Part shown: piece by piece, positions 24,846 to 36,917 of the stretch | Position numbering within the stretch: position 1 is the first letter of the stretch | Layout: every line of letters begins with the position of its first letter | Assembly (NCBI GenBank): GCA_028534125.1 | Contig: CM052817.1 | Location: 80,974,001 to 81,038,000, forward strand | DNA length: 64,000 nt | Source of the DNA: Lama glama | Taxonomy: Eukaryota | Reading direction: 5' to 3' | Translations under genes and position numbers: made by a program | Notes under the pieces: model-generated | The model's input: the letters and a program-made list of their open reading frames with translations, nothing else | Database searches by the model: none | What the model was told of the DNA's origin: nothing

Positions 24846-27021
24846 GATAAAATTCAACATTCATTTATGATAAAAACTCTCACCAAAGTGGGTATAAAGG
24901 GAACGTATCTCAACATAATAAAAGCCATTTATGACAAACCCACAGCCAACATAATAGTCAACAGTAAAAAGCTGAAAGCCTCACTGCTAAATTCTGGAAC
25001 AAGACAAGAATGCCCACTCTCATCACTTCTATTCAACATAGTATTGGAAGTCCCAGCCACAGAAATCAGATAAGAAAAAGAAATAGAAGGTATCTAAATT
25101 GGAAGAGAGTTAAAATTGTCTTTATTTGCAAATGGCATAATACTGTATATAGAAAACCCTAAAGACTCCATACAAAAATTATTAGAACTAATAAGTGAAG
25201 TCAGCAAGTTAGCAGGATACAAAATTAATATACAGAAATCTGTTGCATTTACACTAACAATGAAATATCAGAAAGAGAAAGTAAAAAAAAAAATCCCATT
25301 TAAAATTGCATCAAAAAATACCTAGGAATAAATAACTAAAGAGGTAAAAGACCTATAAATATTGATAAAGGGAACTGAAGATGATTCTAAGAAATAGAAA
25401 GATATCTCATGCAATTGGATGGCCATACTATCCAAAGCAATCTATAGATTTATTGTGACTATCAAATTACCCAAGAAATTTTTCACAGAACTAGAACAAA
25501 TAGTCCTAAAATCTCTATGGAACCACAAAAGACCCAGAATTGCCAAAGGAATCCTGAGGGGAGAGAACAAAGCGGAAAGCCTAACCCTCCCAGACGTCAG
25601 ACAACACTACAAAGCTATAGTAATCTAAAGAGCATGGTGCTGGCACAAAAGGCATATAGATCAATAGCACATAATAAAGGAGCACAGAAATAAACCCACA
25701 TGACTACAGTCATTAGAAATAAACCCACACACCTACAGCTAATTAATCTTTGACAAATGAAGCAAGACTATACAATGGTGAAAAGGCAGTCTTTTCAGCA
25801 AGTAGTGTTGGGAAAGCTGGACAGCCTTATGTAAATTAATGAAATTAGAACACATCCTCACACCATATACAAAAATAAACTCAAAACAGTTTAAAGACTT
25901 AAATATAAGACATTACACCATAAAACTCTTAGAAAAGAACATAGGAAAAACATTCTCTGACATAAATTGTAACAATATATTCTTAAATCAGTCTCCTAAG
26001 GCAAAAGAAATAAAAGCAAAACATAAACAAATGAGACAATCAAATTTAAAAGCTTTTTGCACAGTAAAGGAATAGTCAACAAAACAGAAAGACAACCTAT
26101 AGATTGGGAGAAAATATCTGCAAACAACACAACTGACAAGAGGTTAATTTCCAAAATATAAAAACAGCTCATACAATTCAATNNNNNNNNNNNNNNNNNN
26201 NNNNNNNNNNNNNNNNNNNNNNNNNNNNNNNNNNNNNNNNNNNNNNNNNNNNNNNNNNNNNNNNNNNNNNNNNNNNNNNNNNNNNNNNNNNNNNNNNNNN
26301 NNNNNNNNNNNNNNNNNNNNNNNNNNNNNNNNNNNNNNNNNNNNNNNNNNNNNNNNNNNNNNNNNNNNNNNNNNNNNNNNNNNNNNNNNNNNNNNNNNNN
26401 NNNNNNNNNNNNNNNNNNNNNNNNNNNNNNNNNNNNNNNNNNNNNNNNNNNNNNNNNNNNNNNNNNNNNNNNNNNNNNNNNNNNNNNNNNNNNNNNNNNN
26501 NNNNNNNNNNNNNNNNNNNNNNNNNNNNNNNNNNNNNNNNNNNNNNNNNNNNNNNNNNNNNNNNNNNNNNNNNNNNNNNNNNNNNNNNNNNNNNNNNNNN
26601 NNNNNNNNNNNNNNNNNNNNNNNNNNNNNNNNNNNNNNNNNNNNNNNNNNNNNNNNNNNNNNNNNNNNNNNNNNNNNNNNNNTAAATGAAGACAGAGAAA
26701 GACAAGTATTATATGATATCACTTACATGTGGAATCTATAATACAAATGAATTTATTTACAAAACAGAAATAGACTCATAGACATAGAAAACAAACTTAT
26801 GGTTACCAAAGGATAAGAGGAGAGATAAATTAGGAATATGGGAACAAAAGATACACACTACTATATAAACAAAGATTTACTGTATGGCTCAGGGAACTAT
26901 ATTCAGTATTTTGTAATAATCCATAATAGAAAAGAATCTGAAATATATATACATATATCCGAATTACTTTGCTGTACACCCAAAACTAACACAATAAGTC
27001 AACTATTCTTCAATTAAAGAA
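24846..27021 (+). mobile_element. 5'-truncated L1 (RT region to 3' UTR) spanning the gap
   Basis: [19 protein letters not shown] and [15 protein letters not shown] motifs; TSD aagaatatggagct (24832-24845) / aagaatatgcagct (27022-27035). Confidence 0.9.
26183..26682. other. Assembly gap, 500 N
   Basis: Run of N. Confidence 1.
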
Positions 27022-27089
27022 AAGAATATGCAGCTATTAAGTGATTCAGAGATTTATAAGGTGTAAGAGTGAAAGTGTGTGTGAGAGGA

Positions 27090-28475
27090 AGAGCTTGAAT
27101 AAATGACTCTGCAGGAACGGAGTGTCAAGTATGCCTGGAAGTGGATCCTGAGAGTGCTGAATCAAGGGGAGAAGAATATAAAGCCAGAAAATGGCCATTT
27201 CGTCAACCTAAGGGCAGTTTTCTAAAGCTGGCAAAGACCCCCAATGACAACGATTCATTGCCATAAATATCCTAATACATACAAAGATGGTTCCAGGAAG
27301 CTTGGAAAAAGTGATCACCCATATTCAATGAAGTAAAAATGCCAAAATTGCCATACCAAACTGTAGAAGAAAGAACTAAAAAGCTCAGAGAAGTGGTTAT
27401 ACTAGAAAGTGTCTACTACAATAGACCAATCTATCTGTTAGTTGACCATGTTCCTTGGATGCCATGGGGGAATCCTCAGTTTATCAAGTTAGTAATTGAA
27501 TGTGTTGATGAGGAGGTCCTCAGTTCAGTACTGGTCTTCCAGGGCTGATAGTAGAAGAGGCTGTTACAAAACTGTGCTCCCTGACAGTAATGGGATAATG
27601 GGATCACAGAACACAAGGAGCCATGTGGCAGCACATAGCTAATTGGAAGCAACCTTAAAGGATGGAAAGGTTGCAAAGGTACCCAGGGAAGGCTAAATTA
27701 CAGAAGTATATCATTAAAAGATCAAGAACGGATAGGACTGAGGTCATCCACCACTATAGAAAATCTTTGTCCAGTTTTTAGACCTGGGCTAGTTCTCAGA
27801 CAGAGAAGAACTCCCCTCTTTCCTCCGTGGTAATCATAAGTTTGTTTTCTATGTCTATGAATCTGTTCCTGTTTTGTGAATAAATTCATTTGTATTATTT
27901 TTTAAATTCCACCTATCAACTGAAAGAGAAGCCAGACATCCATGTGGCAGGACCTACAACCAACCCCATGGCAAGTCTACACTGTAGTGACCTCAGTCCT
28001 TTTACAAAGAGACCTATGGCCATTTACTCAAGTAAATATACTTCAGACAAAGGGGGAATACTTAGCTTTTTTGAGAAATAACAGATACTAGATCTGAGTT
28101 GTTGATACCCTGTGTGGCTCCACTGGGTTGTCATTCATGGCAGCCGTATTAGAGAAGGGATGTATAAGTCAGGTAATAAATGAAATCTTTACTCAGGTCC
28201 ATCTCACACTGGAACTGTTAGGTTGACAGAGGTAGCTGCTGGGTATTCCCTCGTTTCGGAATGTATCATTGGAATGGATGCACTTAGCTGTTGGCAGAAC
28301 CCTTTCACTGGTCTGTTGACCTGTATAGTAAGAGATATTTTAATAGGAGAGGCCAAGTAGAAGCCCTTGGAGCAGTTCCTCTTCCCTTACCAAGATAATA
28401 AATCAAAACCAATACCTCATTCCAGAAGAGGATTCCAGAAACTAGTCTACCACCTTAAAAACTTAAAGGGTTCAA
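27090..28475 (+). mobile_element. ERVL (class III) internal gag-protease-pol remnant
   Basis: Degraded translations WILRVLNQGEKNIK, MPKLPYQTVEERTKKLREV, DTRSEL (protease DTGSEL-like), ECIIGMDALSCWQNPFTGLLT, KIINQNQYLIP. Confidence 0.8.
27811..27912 (-). mobile_element. Internal L1 3' UTR fragment inserted in ERVL
   Basis: Reverse complement closely matches 26729-26825 (gtggaat..aatacaaatgaatttatt..catagacatagaaaacaaacttatg). Confidence 0.8.
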
Positions 28476-28489
28476 AGTCACAGGACTGA

Positions 28490-28625
28490 AAGGATCTTGA
28501 CTGGTTTGGCCATTACTCAAGTGTAATACATTTGTCAAACCTCACTGACTTAAAATGTGTGCATTTTATTGTACGTTAAAGTTATATTAATAAAGTTTAT
28601 TTTAAACAAAACAAAACAAAAACTA
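28490..28625 (+). mobile_element. Old L1 3'-terminal fragment (L1MB/MC-like)
   Basis: tacatttgtcaaac..cttaaaatgtgtgcattttattgta..aataaag plus A-rich tail. Confidence 0.6.
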
Positions 28626-30799
28626 GCTCCATCAAATTTGGTCAGCTTGTGTGAAACAGAATTTCTCCCTTTCCAACACATCACACTGAATTGTTCTGTT
28701 CTGTTACAATACGTATTTGTTCAATGTGCTTCAAAAACTACTATACTTCGCAGAATTAAGTTATCTGGGGAAGCTGCCAGTATAGATGGAGAAGCTGTGG
28801 AGACAGTCCCAGGCTTAAAAATATCAAATTTATAGAAATTTACCTCTTGGACCAGGCTTTTAGTTTTAGTAGTGCTACTCTCAAGGAAATGCCCTCCAGT
28901 ACCCACACCTAAAACGGAAAAGCACAAACCCAGGGTTTAAGGATTCAAGAAACAACTGTGGACTTCAATTCTGATTGCAAATGTCTATGGGAATTTATCT
29001 GTGCTAGTATTATTACTGAAATTGTTGTTGTTTAATGATCACACTACAAAGTTATGAACATTTAAGCTGTTTGGTTCTATTACATACATAACCCATGGTA
29101 ATTTTAGTGTAGGATTTTGTATTATGCAAAACTTTTAGGAGTATATATAGGGTTTGTAGCAGAAAAATCTGTTCTAAGATCTTTTTCAACACTTTTTTTT
29201 TCTCTTTCAGCATTTATATGTGGTTTTTCACTAGTGCTTTATTTTTAGTTTTATATTAGTAAGTTATTAATAAGTAGGTTACTTATAAAATCAAAGACAT
29301 AGCTTTATATGTGCTAATAAATATTAAAGTTGCATAGATGAGCTAATAAAATCTACCTTTATCAGGATCTGGATATCAGAAGTCCTTCAAAACCAGTCGA
29401 AGAAAAATACCCTGTATAGATCACATGAGATTTTTAGATTTCTTTACACAGTGTCGTACAGAATATAGCTCTTTATAATGCATCAAAATTACTCATTTCT
29501 GTATTTTGCCTTTTATTAGGCTACTGTCTTCAAACTAATAGGATGATTTTAGAACATGACATTTTTAAAGTACAAAATGTAAATACATTTTAATACAATG
29601 AGTAAAGAATGTGGTATATTTGCATCTTCATCTTACTTATTAACGGGTGTTTTTCAAACAAATATGAATGGACTTAAAAAGCCACAGTTAGGTTTTATCC
29701 AAAATCTTTTCATATATAAATCATTTTATTTTGTAGACCTATTTTTTCCTACTTATCAATTGCATTATTCATTTGGGAATAAAGAATAGTTCTCTGCTAG
29801 TGATTTTTCTTTCTCATATTCTTTAATGATTGATTGACATGAACAAAAAACAGAGCCAGATGTTTTCTCTCTGCAGTTTCTTTCCCATGGTATAGCATGT
29901 TTTAACACAGGTCACAACTGAGACCTGCTGTGCTGCATAGTATTCCTTGACGACGATGTTCACCATTAATAAAATTGTAATTCTTCCTTATCTCAATACC
30001 TTTTTCTTCTCAGTGAACTTTTGAACTTTTGTCTAAAGAGGTGGGGCATGTAAATTGCCACTATCACACTGGTAGCATCTGGTCCTGAAAGTTCTCCAAA
30101 GAGAATAATATTGATGAAACCCAGCCTCCATGTCAAAACTCAGCACTAGTCCAAAACCTTTGCACAGACAGACACACTCATGTTTATTACTTCTTACTCG
30201 ATATTTAAATGAGTAGTCTAAGACAAATTTTGGTGAAGTATCCATAATTTGAGAAAAGTAAAGACTTAAAATTATTCTGGCAGCTCCATCTTTCCTATCA
30301 TTATTTTCACTCATCAGAATTAATATCCATTTTGAGCTCAACAAATGCTAGTTTTGTAAAGCTGCTTAATGAAGAGAACAAGTTTAAACTTTATTTCCTC
30401 CTTTAATGCAACCAGAGGTTATGTTTGTTTAGAAAGCTAACATCTATCCAGATTATACACTCTCATCAGTGCAAGACCAAAAATCACAGGCCCCAAACCA
30501 CTCATTCCGTAACTCCCTCATTTTCTGACCTATGGTTGTTATTGTAGAAACTGGATCCATTAAGATATTGCCTCTGGTGTAGCCAGGGAATATTGTGGCA
30601 CCTTGTGCAATAATTTGAAAACAGTGGCTTGAGAGAAATGGTATGCAAAGAAATACATCCCAGACCTTGACCTTTCTACGTTGTCACAGTGAATGTTTGG
30701 ATGGGCTTGCTTCCAAAAAAATACAGCTAGGTGTATTGAGAGCTAGGTGAGGTTGGTAAAACATGCTTAGTAGCTAATGATGGCATCATGGGAGGCAGC

Positions 30800-31125
30800 G
30801 AGGAGTTTTACCTTTGGACTTAAGCATCAGGAACACCTGAAGTCAAATCCCACCTCATCTATTTAACATGTGACCTTGTGCAAAACATTATTCTCTTTAA
30901 AACTCACTGTCTCCATCCACAAAATGAGAAAAACAATAGTAACTGCTTCTTTAGGTTGTGCTGGCTCAGAGAAGATACTCAATAAGTAGATTTGTTGAAT
31001 TAAGTGTTTGTTGAAAAGGTGTTTTAATAATTAAAGTATTTATTTAACCATATAATGTACATAAATGAACTAGCAAAGTGCCCAACACATATTAAATACC
31101 CTTTAATTGATGTTACTGATTTTAT
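30800..31125 (+). mobile_element. MIR remnant
   Basis: gtcaaatcccacctc..tgtgaccttgtgcaa..caaaatgagaaaaacaatagta. Confidence 0.55.
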
Positions 31126-31880
31126 TTTTGCTGTTTTTCATGGAATTTTACTTGGTCCCAGAACAAAATGACCAAGGTGCAATGTGGATCTTGGTTCACA
31201 AACAACCAATGCTGTGAAATAGAAGTAGCTACTTACTGCTTTAATGCAGGGAATCAGGGTCTAAGAAAATATCTTCTTAGCCCATTCATAAGATGCCCCT
31301 CAAAGTCCAAAGTGGTTAGGTTTTGTTCTTCCTCCTTGCACAGTCAAACTGGAGGACAATGACTGGTCTACATGAGTTGATTTTAACCTGTGGTCTTTTA
31401 AAGTACACTTCACGGAGTGGAATATAAACTTCCATAGAGTGTCCACTTTGGTTGGTTAGAGAAAACTTTAGTATGAATAAGCATTTGCATGGTAGGTTTT
31501 CTGCTGACCCCACTGTAGATATATGGTGACTTGTACCTGTTAAACAAAATATTTAATGTATTCAGCTATTTCAAATATATTCAGTATTTTCAAATAATTT
31601 AAGACATTATTTTCAGAAAGGGCATCCAAAAGTTTAAGCCAAAATTTATAAATTCTAATTCAAAGTCTTAGAAAATAGATTAACTTGGCAAATTGCAAAG
31701 GCAAAATTCCCTTTGAGATTGTAGGAGATATATACTGAGTTCAGTCTTTAAATGAAAAAAATGACACTGAGATGAAATAAAAATAACAATGAGAATAATA
31801 ATAATAGATTGAATTTTTGTAATAAGACATCTTATCAACCCAAGATTCAAATATTCAAATGCTTCTTTAAGAAATTTTTA

Positions 31881-33551
31881 ATAGGAGGGTTCCCTTTTCT
31901 CCACAGCCTCTCCAGCATTTGTCATTTGTGGACTTTTGAATGATGGCCATTCTGGCTGGTGTGAGGTGATACCTCATCGTAGTTTTGATTTGCATTTCTC
32001 TGATAATTAGTGATATTGAGCATTTTTTCATGTGCCTATTGATCATTTGTATTTCTTCCTTGGAGAAATGCTTGTTTAAGTCTTCTGCCCATGTTTGGAT
32101 TGGGTTGTTTATTTTTTTCTTATTAAGTCATATGAGCTGCTTATATATTCTGGAGACCAAGCCTTTGTCGGTTTCATCATCTGCAAAAATTTTCTCCCAT
32201 TCTGTAGTTTGTCATTTTGTTTTACTTATGGTTTCCTATGCTGTGCAGAAACTTGTAAGTATAATTAGGTCCCATTTTCTTATTCTTGCTTTATTTCTAT
32301 TGCTTGGGTAGATTGCCCTAGGAGAACATTTTTGAGAAGTATGTCAGATAATGTTTTGCCTATCTTTTCTTTTAGGAGGTTTATTGTATCTTGTCTTATG
32401 TTGAAGTCTTTGATCCATTTTGAGTTTATTTTTGTGTATGGTGTAAGGGAGTGTTCTAGCTTCATTGATTTTCATGCTGATGTTCAGTTTTCCCAACACC
32501 ATTTGCTAAAGAGGCTGTCTTTATTCCATTGTATACTCTTGACTCCTTTGCCGAAGATTAGTTGACCAAAAGTTTGTGGGTTCATTTCTGGGCTCTCTAT
32601 TCTGTTCCATTGGTCCATATGTCTGTTTTTGTATCAATACCATGATGTCTTGATGACTGTAGCTCTATAGTATTGTCTGAAGTCTGGGAGAGTTATTCCT
32701 CCAGCCTCTCACTTTTTCTTCACTAATGCTTTGGCTGTTCTAGGTCTTTTGTGGTTCCATATAATTTTTATTATGATTTGTTCTAGTTCTGTGAAATATG
32801 TCCTGGGTAATTGGGTAGGGATTGCATTAAATCTGTAGATTGCCTTGGGCAGTGTGACCATTTTAACAATATTGATTCTTCTAATCCAGGAGCATGGGAT
32901 ATCTTTCCATTTCTTAAAGTCTTCTTTAATTTCCTTCATCAACGGTTTATAGTTTTCCGTGTATAATTCTTTCACCTCCTTGGTTAGATTTATTCCTAGG
33001 TATTTTATTACTTTGGGTGCTATTGTAAAGGGGATTGCTTCTTTAATTTCTTTTTCTGTTAATTCATCATTAGTGTAAAGAAATGCAACTGATTTTTGAA
33101 CATTAATCTTGTAAACTGTTACCTTGTTTAATTCTTCAATTAGTTCTAGCAGCTTTTGTGTGGACCTTTTAGGGTTTTCTATATATAATATCATGTCATC
33201 TGCATATAATGACACTTTTACCTCTTCTTTTCCAATTTGGATCCCTTTTATTTCTCTCTCTTGCCTGATTGCTGTGGTTAGGACGTCCAAGACTATGATG
33301 AATAGGAGTGGTGATAGTGGGCAGCCTTTTCTTGTCCCAGATTTTAGTGGGAAGCTTTTGAGTTTTTCACCATTGAGTACTATGCTGGCTGTAGGTTTGT
33401 CACATTAGCTTTCATTATGTTGAGATATGTTCCCTCTATACTCACTTTGGTGAGAGTTTTTATCATAAATGGGTGTTGAATTTTATCAAATGTTTTTTCT
33501 GCATCTATTGATTGATAATGTGGTTTTGTCCTTTCTCTTGTTGATGTGATG
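31881..33551 (-). mobile_element. Young L1 ORF2 internal segment (RT to zinc knuckle) lacking 3' UTR, poly(A) and TSD
   Basis: ORF 32709-33290 contains [16 protein letters not shown] 32280-32465; stops abruptly at gggaaccctccta. Confidence 0.92.
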
Positions 33552-33579
33552 GTAACACTCTAGATCCTTGGAGTGAAAA

Positions 33580-34420
33580 AGAAATTGATTCTCTTTCAGA
33601 AATTATACTCCAGCAGAAGAGACAAAATAAACAAACTCATACTTATAATATTATGAAATTACCACACTGTTAGGAACAGTAAAGTAGGCCCAGGGATGGA
33701 GAGTAATGCCGGAAGAGGGTATTTTAGATGGGATGGTTACGGAAGGCCTCTCTAAGGAAGGAATAATTCAGCAGAGGCCTGCAGGAAGTCAGAAAAGAAG
33801 CAACGGGAATGTTTAACAGAAGAGTGATTAACTACAGGAAAGAGAATTTCAAAAGCACTAACTTGGGGAAAAGTTGGCACACTTGAGAAACAAGAAGCTT
33901 TTAATATACTTAATGTTGACTGAGAAAAGGAGTAAATAAAGAAGAGACTGGAGGAATAGCCCTGGTGAAAGATTAAGACCTTATAAGCTATGGGAAAGCA
34001 ACCTTTTTATTGAAGTGAGACAGAAGCCCCACAATGTTTTGAGTAAAAAAATCTAATATGGAATTTTAAATGATCCCTCTGTCATACGGAAGATTTACTG
34101 AAGGGTAGAGAGTAGGATAAAGGAGACCAATGAGGGAGTTCTTTTAGTGGCCTAGTAAGAAATGATGGATGTTTCTGATTAGAGCATATGGTTATGAAGA
34201 TATATCACTGATAACTCCTATGTTTTATTTGATGGTATGCACTAAGATAGGGAAGTCTAGGACAAGAGCTTGTCTGAGGAGAGATTCAAGATTTTGAATT
34301 AAAACAGGTTTCGTGCTAGTACATGTATTACAATTAAAACAGGTTTTGTCCCATTACATGTATTACAGAAACAGTAGAGATAAGAAGTGGATAAGGATGT
34401 ATGGAACCTTCATCCATTGT
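33580..34420 (-). mobile_element. L2 remnant
   Basis: ggaaggcctctctaaggaag..cagaggcctgcaggaag; cagaagccccacaatgttttgag. Confidence 0.6.
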
Positions 34421-34598
34421 AAAGGATTCATTTAAATTATTAGGGAAAAGATGCATTACTTACAATTCAGAAGAACTTGCTAGTTAAAATTAAAGTATTA
34501 TCTCTAACACATTTGTCATGACGAAGTAAATTATGGATCAAGCACACAAACATATAGAACCATAAAATACTTGAGAAAATATAGGTGATATTTTTAAC

Positions 34599-34970
34599 CT
34601 GTGGTATATTGTCTGCAAAGAGGGCTGCTGCTGATTCGTCCCATGTCTCTATTTTTGCACACTTCTGCCACACAGAGCTAGAATCTCCTTCTCCTCCCTT
34701 TGAATCTGGGTTGGCCATGTGACTTTCTTTGGTTACAATAACAGGGCAGAATGAAGCTACGACTGTTCTGGATTTAAGTTTCTGATTTCTACCCTCTCAG
34801 TGTTCTGGGCATCATGTAAGAATACCAGTCACCTTGCAGGAGAGAACGGTCCTGCCAATACTCAAACATTCTAGCCACTCCATGAGGCAGCAGACATACG
34901 AATAAGACCATCTTGGATGTTCCAACCCCAACTGAGCTCCTAGTAGAATGTAATCAAACAGTTCCATGGA
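34599..34970 (+). mobile_element. MLT1 (MaLR) LTR, truncated
   Basis: tgtggtatattgtctgcaaag..ccctttgaatctgggttggccatgtgactttctttgg. Confidence 0.7.
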
Positions 34971-34974
34971 GGAA

Positions 34975-35291
34975 ATGTGGAAGGGTTAATATGAATGCTG
35001 CACACACAGTGGACTTGGATTACAGTTTATGAACCCCAGCTTAGAGAACTCAAATCTTTTATAATTAGCTGCAAAAAAATCTGTCCTCTTCTATAGAGGG
35101 AGATGTTATCTTTATGATTTTGGAGAATAAGTGAAACTTCCTTCTGCTTGGGAGAGTTTCAAATTTCTATTTCCAAATCTGTTTACTATACAAACATTCT
35201 TGAAAAAATAGTCTGGGACAAAATCAGCCAGTGTCTCTGTTCACAAGATATGAGGCAACACAAAAGACCCATGAAGAATTACCTCCCAACA
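34975..35291 (-). mobile_element. LTR40-like ERVL LTR
   Basis: Reverse complement begins tgttgggaggtaattcttcatgggtct..tcttgtgaacagagacactg..ttcaagaatgtttgtatag. Confidence 0.55.
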
Positions 35292-35299
35292 AACTCAGG

Positions 35300-35890
35300 A
35301 TATGGAACTAAACTGTCCCACCTGTACCACCTCTGATACCTTCTCTCTCTGTGATCTTTTGTGAGTTTATGAATCTCTCTGTCCCTCAGTTCTTCATATG
35401 TAAAATAAATTTAATAACAGTAATAGTAAGAATTGAACTGGTCAAAGCATAAGAACAGTGCCAGGATCAAACTAAGCATTTAAAAATTATTATATTATAG
35501 CTATATAATGTAGCTATAATTGTGATACACTTATGCAGTTGAATCCTGTTTATCCATTATAGCATTACTATGGAATAATATCTCAGACGTATTTTATGTG
35601 AAAAAAAGCAAAGTGCAAAGCACTACAGAGGATACTATCATTTGTGTAAAATAAAAATAACAAATAAATATATGTATACACCAGCAGACCCACATACAGA
35701 GAGATGCTTATTGTATGTTCCTAGGCTGCCTCCAGAAGGATACTCAAGTACTGGTAATTGGATTGTCTCCAATGAGAAGAGTTCATGACTAGGTAAGAGG
35801 GTAGAAGGAAAACATATCTTTCTCTCTACACTCTTCAGTAACTTTTGAATATCATGTGACTGTATTAACTAATTCAAAAAAATTAATGAT
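35300..35890 (+). mobile_element. MIR (about 35300-35500) followed by an L1ME 3'-end fragment
   Basis: ctctctgtccctcagttcttcatatgtaaaat; gtgaaaaaaagcaaagtgcaaa..tactatcatttgtgtaaaat. Confidence 0.55.
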
Positions 35891-36042
35891 ACTTGAAGTG
35901 AAAATGTGCCTGTTTATGAGGAAAACAATTATTTATAAGTTGAGATTTATGTTATTAATATAGGTATATGATAGTAAAACACTATTTTAATAATGCAGAG
36001 TTTTAAATTAGTTATATAAGTTTTGAATAAAGAAAATCTCCA

Positions 36043-36347
36043 CATCAGGGAAATGCAAATCAAAACCATAATGAGATATCATCTCACACTTGTTAGAAAA
36101 GCTATTTTCAAAAAGACGTAACAAGTGTTGGGAAGGATGCGGGGAAAAGGGAACTCTCGTGCACTGTTGGTGGGATGGTAAACTGGTGCAGCCATTATGG
36201 AAAACGACATGGAGGTTCCTCAAAAAACTACAAATAGAACTACCATATGATCCAGCAATCCTGCTTCTGGGTATATATCTGAAGGAAATGAAATTATTAT
36301 CTTAATGAAACGTCTGCACTTCTCTACATAATATATATATATATGTG

Positions 36348-36382
<35 letters not shown>

Positions 36383-36917
36383 ATATATGTGTGGAATATA
36401 ATTCAGCCATACAAAAAGAAGGAAAGCCTGTCATTTGTGATAATATGAATGAAACTTGAGGACATTATGCTAAGTGAGATAAGTCAGACAAGGAAGGACA
36501 AATACTGTATGATGTTGCTGGTATGTGTAATCTAAAAAAGCTGAACTCACACAAACAGCGAGTAGAATGGTGATTTCCAAGGGCTGAGGGGTCAGGGAAA
36601 TGAGATGCCGGTCAAAGGTCAAAGCTTTCAGTTATAAGATGAATAAGTTCTGAGGATCTAATATCTAATGGGGAGTATGGTGACTATAGTTAACAGTACT
36701 ATATTGTATAGTTGAAATTTGCTATGATAGTTAATATTGAATGTTCTCACAACAACAACATCAACAACAAAAGGTAATTAGGTTAGGTGACGGATGTGTC
36801 AACTGACCTTATTATGGTAATCAGTTTGCAATATATATGTGTATCAAATCATCATACTGTACATCTTAACCTTACACAATGTTATATTTCAATTATATCT
36901 CAATAAAGCCAGAAAAA
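36043..36917 (+). mobile_element. 5'-truncated L1MA-type element with an internal (TA)n(TG)n microsatellite
   Basis: ORF 36090-36305 [17 protein letters not shown]1MA-like 3' UTR; degenerate TSD aaagaaaatctcca / aaagatgatcttca. Confidence 0.85.

Noticed and set aside
25685..25745. Repeated agaaataaacccaca in an L1 (a similar small duplication lies at about 20960-20990)
   Set aside because: Ordinary small tandem duplications in decayed L1 copies
26144..26722. 192-aa and 175-aa ORFs
   Set aside because: Artefacts of the N run
29350..29420. Minus-strand exon-like segment with AG/GT borders
   Set aside because: Stop codons in all three frames
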